Source of the DNA: Desulfosudaceae bacterium
GTDB taxonomy: Bacteria > Desulfobacterota > Desulfobacteria > Desulfobacterales > Desulfosudaceae
DNA: 64,000 nt
Direction: 5' to 3'
Assembly: GCA_963674745.2 (NCBI GenBank)
Contig: CAXXDV010000001.1
Location: 768,001 to 832,000 of the forward strand
The position numbers were made by a program, and so were the translations under genes. Below the pieces are notes generated by a model. That model searched no databases and was not told the DNA's origin. It saw nothing but the letters and a program-made list of their open reading frames with translations. Shown piece after piece: positions 59,424 to 64,000 of the stretch (the stretch's first letter is position 1; every line of letters begins with the position of its first letter).

Positions 59424-60275
59424 TTAAGCCATCACTATGCCGGCGTAGCCGACAAAACTGTCACCGGGACTAACATCATAACTGGTGGCATATTCGGTAA
59501 GTTTGGCGGTACTAGCGCCGAGTGCCTTGCCGGCGGCAATGGCCGCGGCCACCGCACCGGAGCAGCAGGCATTCTGGCTGCCTAGCGCTTCTTCAATGAC
59601 CGGCATGGGGTCCATGGCCAGCATCCTATCGATGATGCGACGGTCTTCGTTTTCTCTCACCTGGTTGTGGGCGTTGTCGCCGGTCCCGTAATGGGTCAGG
59701 CGGAAATTGGCCCCATAATGGGTCAGGTCGGTTGATCCCACCACAGCAATGCGCCGTTTACGTTCTGCCGCGATTTCGACAACCGCCTCTGCAATCTCCA
59801 GGGCGACCGGTGATGGGGGTACTCCCATGGGAACGATTTTAGTGTCTTTAAAAAAATATTTGATAAACGGCAACTGCAATTCAATCGTATTGTCCTGGGA
59901 GAAGTTACGGACAGTTTCTTCACGAAACAAAAACCGGTCGATCAACTCACGGCCAAGGACGTCATCCACTTCAAGGGCACCAAACGGGGTTTCAATCGCG
60001 CCTGAGGCCATGATGCGCGGCGTGGCCCCCGGATGCATGTGCATGCCGAAAACAATAACCGTATCCGGAACCGCTGACCGGGTCAGCAGGGATATGGCCC
60101 GGCAGGCGATGCCGCCCGAGTAGACCCATCCGGCGTGGGGCACGATCACCCCGACCGGATCTTTTTCCAGCCCCCGGCCGATATCCTTTTCAAGAAACCG
60201 CTTGATCTGACGTTCGCACTCCCCGGCAGATGCCGGATACCAACTGCCCGCAAAAACGGTCGGCCTCACGTCCAT
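59424..60275 (-). CDS. amrB: MEMO1-family protein (AmmeMemoRadiSam protein B)
   Basis: AGSWYP, PHAGWVYSG, IELQLPF, STDLTHYG, FVGYAG. Confidence 0.9.
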   Translation of the reverse strand: MDVRPTVFAGSWYPASAGECERQIKRFLEKDIGRGLEKDPVGVIVPHAGWVYSGGIACRAISLLTRSAVPDTVIVFGMHMHPGATPRIMASGAIETPFGALEVDDVLGRELIDRFLFREETVRNFSQDNTIELQLPFIKYFFKDTKIVPMGVPPSPVALEIAEAVVEIAAERKRRIAVVGSTDLTHYGANFRLTHYGTGDNAHNQVRENEDRRIIDRMLAMDPMPVIEEALGSQNACCSGAVAAAIAAGKALGASTAKLTEYATSYDVSPGDSFVGYAGIVMA

Positions 60276-60420
60276 GGGTTACCCCCCTTACTTATCGGTT
60301 AAAAAATAAAACCATTTTACCCGCTTCGCAAATATTTTGGGTGATCTCAAGGAATCTTTTTAAGCAGACTGTTTCACGTGTTGAATTGAACCTTTATACA
60401 AGGTGCAAAACGGATTAACA

Positions 60421-60480
60421 TATAGGGGCACCCCCCTGTGGGTGCTCTTCACCGGGCAGGCACGGGGGCCTGCCCCTACA
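60421..60480. repeat. REP doublet (REPIN-like)
   Basis: TATAGGGGCACCCCCCTGTGGGTGCTC...GGGCAGGCACGGGGGCCTGCCCCTACA. Confidence 0.85.
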
Positions 60481-60558
60481 ACATTTACGAGTGATCGACA
60501 GCGCAACGATGCCGGCAGCCTTGCTGCAATTGGGCGTTTTACGCGGCCAGCCTGCCAG

Positions 60559-61227
60559 CTAGGATTTTTTAGCAGCGACCTTTTGCCTGATCCACTCAAT
60601 CCACGGTTCCATGCCGGCGCCGGTTTTGGATGACGTTTTATAAATCGGCATTTCCGGATTGATCTGCTGAATGCTCTGCACGGCCAGGTTGATATCGTAA
60701 TCCAGATAGTCGAGCAGGTCGATTTTGTTGAGCAGGGCCACGTCGCAGACACGGAACATGAGCGGGTATTTGAGCGGTTTGTCTTCGCCTTCGGTGACAC
60801 TGAGCACCACCGCCCGGGCGTCTTCGCCGATATCAAATTCCGCGGGGCAGACCAGGTTGCCGATGTTTTCCACGATCAGCAGATCGATTTTATCCAGGTC
60901 GAAATTAGCGGCGGCATTTTCAATCACGTGGGCCGCCAGATGGCAGTCACCGCCGAACTCATCGGTGTTGACCTGGACCACTTCGGCACCGGTGGTGGCC
61001 AGGCGATCGGCATCGTTGGTGGTGCAGATATCTCCGACAATAACCGCGCTGATGATTTCCGGCATCAGTTCCAATAATGTTTTCTGCAGCAGGGTGGTTT
61101 TCCCGGCACCCGGGGAGCTCATGACATTGAGTACAAACACCTTTTTCCGGGCAAAAACCTCACGGTTTTTGGCTGCCATGGTTTCGTTTACGTCCAGGAC
61201 CCGGCGGACGACTTGAACTTTCTCCAT
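60559..61227 (-). CDS. hypB: Nickel-incorporation GTPase HypB
   Basis: SSPGAGKT, CHL, ENIGNLVCPAEFDIGE, EGEDKPLKYP, NKID; GGAGG SD before ATG 61227. Confidence 0.95.
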   Translation of the reverse strand: MEKVQVVRRVLDVNETMAAKNREVFARKKVFVLNVMSSPGAGKTTLLQKTLLELMPEIISAVIVGDICTTNDADRLATTGAEVVQVNTDEFGGDCHLAAHVIENAAANFDLDKIDLLIVENIGNLVCPAEFDIGEDARAVVLSVTEGEDKPLKYPLMFRVCDVALLNKIDLLDYLDYDINLAVQSIQQINPEMPIYKTSSKTGAGMEPWIEWIRQKVAAKKS

Positions 61228-61278
61228 TATTTTAACCTCCAAAATAATTTAAAAATACATGCACGCAATATTTATTTG

Positions 61279-61338
61279 TGTAGGGGCACCCCCCTGTGGG
61301 TGCCCTTTACCGGGCAGGCACGGGGGCCTGCCCCTACA
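61279..61338. repeat. REP doublet (REPIN-like)
   Basis: Near-identical to 60421-60480. Confidence 0.88.
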
Positions 61339-61366
61339 ATATGTATGAGCATCCGCTTGGACTCAT

Positions 61367-61717
61367 TTAACTGTCAGCCAGTTCCAGGGAAACAATATCA
61401 AACTCACGGCCGGTCAGGATGTCCACCTGTCCGCTCTGACATTTTTCGCAGATAAAGTTCGGGCTGGTTACCGTCCACTGGTGCTGGCACGACTTACAGC
61501 GGACGGTTATGGGGGGCTCTTCGATGACAAGCTCCGCACCTGCCAGGGGGGTGTCCTGGGCGGCTATCTCAAAACAGAACCGCAAACTCGAGGGGACAAT
61601 AGCGGTCAACTTGCCGATGCGCAGGTTTATCCGGGCAACAGACGGGTTCTTGACGCCGGGAGGGATTGAAGAAACAGCAATATCAACGATCTGCATGGCG
61701 ATGCCCATTTCATGCAT
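61367..61717 (-). CDS. hypA: Nickel metallochaperone HypA
   Basis: MHE start, SLRFCF, two CxxC motifs, GRE. Confidence 0.95.
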   Translation of the reverse strand: MHEMGIAMQIVDIAVSSIPPGVKNPSVARINLRIGKLTAIVPSSLRFCFEIAAQDTPLAGAELVIEEPPITVRCKSCQHQWTVTSPNFICEKCQSGQVDILTGREFDIVSLELADS

Positions 61718-61804
61718 GAAAAAACTCCTTTTTCGGGATTATCGAAAAAGCATCTGCCCGCTATCCCGGTATTAAGCGGGAAAAGGCTGTTTTATGAATG
61801 GAAA

Positions 61805-62677
61805 CTAGCTGAACACTTTGGCGCACAGCTCACCCAGGGTTCCCAGATCGCGGCAGACGTGAATACCGACCGCCTCCATGGCCGCGATTTTACCTTCCGC
61901 CCCGCCGCTTTTACCACTGATAATGGCGCCGGCATGTCCCATGCGTCGGCCCGGGGGCGCCGTCAGTCCCGCAATAAAGCCAACCACCGGTTTGGTCACT
62001 CTTTCTTTAATAAACGCGGCCGCCTGTTCTTCGGCATTGCCGCCGATTTCACCGACCATGACAATGCCGGTGGTCTCGGGATCATTCTGAAACGCGTCCA
62101 GACAATCGATAAAGTTGGTGCCGTTGACCGGATCGCCGCCGATTCCCACGCAGGTCGTCTGGCCGATATCCTGGCCGGTCAGCTGATGGACCACTTCATA
62201 GGTCAGGGTTCCGGAGCGGGAAACCACGCCGATGGGTCCGCCGGGTTTGTGAATATTTCCGGGCATGATGCCGATTTTGGCTTCACCGGGCGTAATAACC
62301 CCGGGGCAATTGGGACCGATCAGCCGGGACCCGGACCCATCCAGAAGTTTTTTGACGCGCATCATGTCCAGGACGGGGATGCCTTCGGTAATGGCCACAA
62401 TCAGCTCGACCCCGGCATCGATGGCCTCACAGATACCATCGGCCGCAAAAGGCGGCGGTACAAACACCATACTGCAGTTGGCCCCGGTTGCCTTTACCGC
62501 CTGGGCCACGGTGTTGTAAACGGGCACGCCGTCCATGTCTTGTCCACCCTTGCCCGGCGTCACACCGGCCACGACTTTGGTGCCGTAAGCCATGCACTGC
62601 TGAGTATGAAATTTACCTTCTTTGCCGGTTATCCCCTGTACCAGTAACTTTGTTTCTTTGTTTACGAATATGCTCAT
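61805..62677 (-). CDS. sucD: Succinyl-CoA ligase alpha subunit
   Basis: [37 protein letters not shown]. Confidence 0.97.
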   Translation of the reverse strand: MSIFVNKETKLLVQGITGKEGKFHTQQCMAYGTKVVAGVTPGKGGQDMDGVPVYNTVAQAVKATGANCSMVFVPPPFAADGICEAIDAGVELIVAITEGIPVLDMMRVKKLLDGSGSRLIGPNCPGVITPGEAKIGIMPGNIHKPGGPIGVVSRSGTLTYEVVHQLTGQDIGQTTCVGIGGDPVNGTNFIDCLDAFQNDPETTGIVMVGEIGGNAEEQAAAFIKERVTKPVVGFIAGLTAPPGRRMGHAGAIISGKSGGAEGKIAAMEAVGIHVCRDLGTLGELCAKVFS

Positions 62678-62701
62678 TTCAAAACACCATCATTTGTATA
62701 T

Positions 62702-63868
62702 TTATGCAGCGCCAACGGCCTGAGCCACCTTCCGGGCGGCGTCACTTAAATTTTGAGCCGGCTGCAGATTCAGTTCGGACTCGGCCAGGATCCGCCGGCC
62801 TTCTTCGACGTTGGTCCCTTCCATGCGGACCACCAGGGGCACATTAACATCAATGTTTTGGGCCGCCTGGACAATCCCCTGGGCAAGAATATCACAGCGC
62901 AGAATACCGCCGAAAATATTGATCAGGATACACTTGACCTTTTCGTCGCTCAAGATGATCCTGAACCCGTTTTCCACCATTTCGGCATTGGCGCCGCCGC
63001 CGACATCCAGAAAATTGGCCGGCTCAGCCCCGGCTTGTTTGATGATATCCATGGTCGCCATGGCCAGACCGGCGCCGTTGACCATGTTGCCGACATTTCC
63101 GTCCATGTTGATGTAGTTCAAATTGTATTTCGAGGCTTCGACTTCGAGCGGATCTTCTTCATCCGTATCCCGGTATTCGACAATGTCCTTGTGCCGGAAC
63201 AGGGCATTGTCGTCAAAATTGATCTTGGCATCCAGGGCGATAACACCCTCGTCAGTTGTCACCACCAGGGGATTGATCTCCACCAGGGATGCGTCCAGAT
63301 CAACAAACAAACGGAACAGGTTGCTGACGATTTTGGTAAACTCTTTGACAGCAGCCGGTGGCAGGTTCAACCCGAAGGCTGCCTGGCGGCAGTGAAAAGC
63401 GGAAATACCGGCCAGGGGATTAACATAAACCTTGATGATTTTTTCCGGTGTTTCGGCGGCCACCTCTTCAATGTCCATACCCCCGGCTTCACTGGCCATG
63501 ATCACAATACTGGCTGTTTCCCGATCGGTAATGATGGACAGGTAAAGCTCACGGTCAATATTGACGCCCTGCTCCACCAGCACCTTGCGAACAAGGGTTC
63601 CCACAGCACCTGTCTGGGGGGTGACCAGCCACGATCCGATCAGCGACCGGGTGAAGGATTCAACTTCGTCCGCGGACTTAACCACCTTGACACCGCCGCC
63701 TTTTCCCCGGCCTCCGGCATGTACCTGGGCCTTGACCACTACAGGATACTCTCCCAATGTTTCAGCTGCGGCCCGGGCATCGGCCGCGTTTTCGGCCATT
63801 ACGCCGTCAGGCGTCGGTATGTCATATTTCCGAAACAGTTCTTTGGTCTGATATTCATGAATTTTCAT
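62702..63868 (-). CDS. sucC: Succinyl-CoA ligase beta subunit
   Basis: MKIHEYQ, KAQVHAGGRGKGGG, VNGAGLAMAT, NFLDVGGGA, NIFGGI.RCD. Confidence 0.97.
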   Translation of the reverse strand: MKIHEYQTKELFRKYDIPTPDGVMAENAADARAAAETLGEYPVVVKAQVHAGGRGKGGGVKVVKSADEVESFTRSLIGSWLVTPQTGAVGTLVRKVLVEQGVNIDRELYLSIITDRETASIVIMASEAGGMDIEEVAAETPEKIIKVYVNPLAGISAFHCRQAAFGLNLPPAAVKEFTKIVSNLFRLFVDLDASLVEINPLVVTTDEGVIALDAKINFDDNALFRHKDIVEYRDTDEEDPLEVEASKYNLNYINMDGNVGNMVNGAGLAMATMDIIKQAGAEPANFLDVGGGANAEMVENGFRIILSDEKVKCILINIFGGILRCDILAQGIVQAAQNIDVNVPLVVRMEGTNVEEGRRILAESELNLQPAQNLSDAARKVAQAVGAA

Positions 63869-64000
63869 AAAAAGCACCACTCCTGTTGCCGCGTTAAAAC
63901 TTCCGCGGGCAAATTAACCGATAACACACAACACGGCGTCTTTTTTAACGGAATCACCGGGTGAGAAACTAATGGATTTAACCGTTCCACCCGCCGGTGC

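Noticed and set aside
37714..61338. Repeats as a CRISPR array
   Set aside because: Dispersed palindromic doublets with no regular repeat-spacer pattern and no cas genes
61712..63964. 311-aa and 403-aa plus-strand ORFs
   Set aside because: Antisense shadows of sucD and sucC

Overview
Bacterial chromosomal segment of moderate GC. Gene content and repeats suggest a Desulfobacterales-like deltaproteobacterium (inference). Housekeeping genes include ppiD (partial), mutM, mltG, rdgB, GTP-type PEPCK, ampG, birA, an M16 protease, hypAB and sucCD. The main accessory block (about 9.4-33.4 kb) looks like a cell-envelope charge-remodelling island. It holds an LmtA-like lipid A phosphate methyltransferase, two paralogous convergent CusRS-like two-component systems, a very acidic two-repeat lipoprotein and two tandem metallophosphoesterases with GGxCFI tails. 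It also holds an orphan AlgE-like barrel, two extra ArnT-family transferases ahead of arnBCADT (no arnEF), a CX5R phosphatase and an LpxL-type acyltransferase. Six promoters in this block share one architecture: a 16-bp ATTACC-N4-GGTAAT-like box, two more half-sites at 11-bp spacing, and a -10-like hexamer about 10 bp further on. This suggests a single regulon, possibly undescribed. Other points are a YjjJ/HipA-like kinase gene enclosed by 49-bp inverted repeats, a riboswitch-like RNA with a 32-aa ORF, GTAG-type REP doublets, a MITE-like hairpin, TetR-type operators and a LolA-like/DUF1302/thiolase/esterase operon. I saw no rRNA, tRNA, CRISPR array or transposase. Family calls come from motifs recognised by eye; no database search was run.
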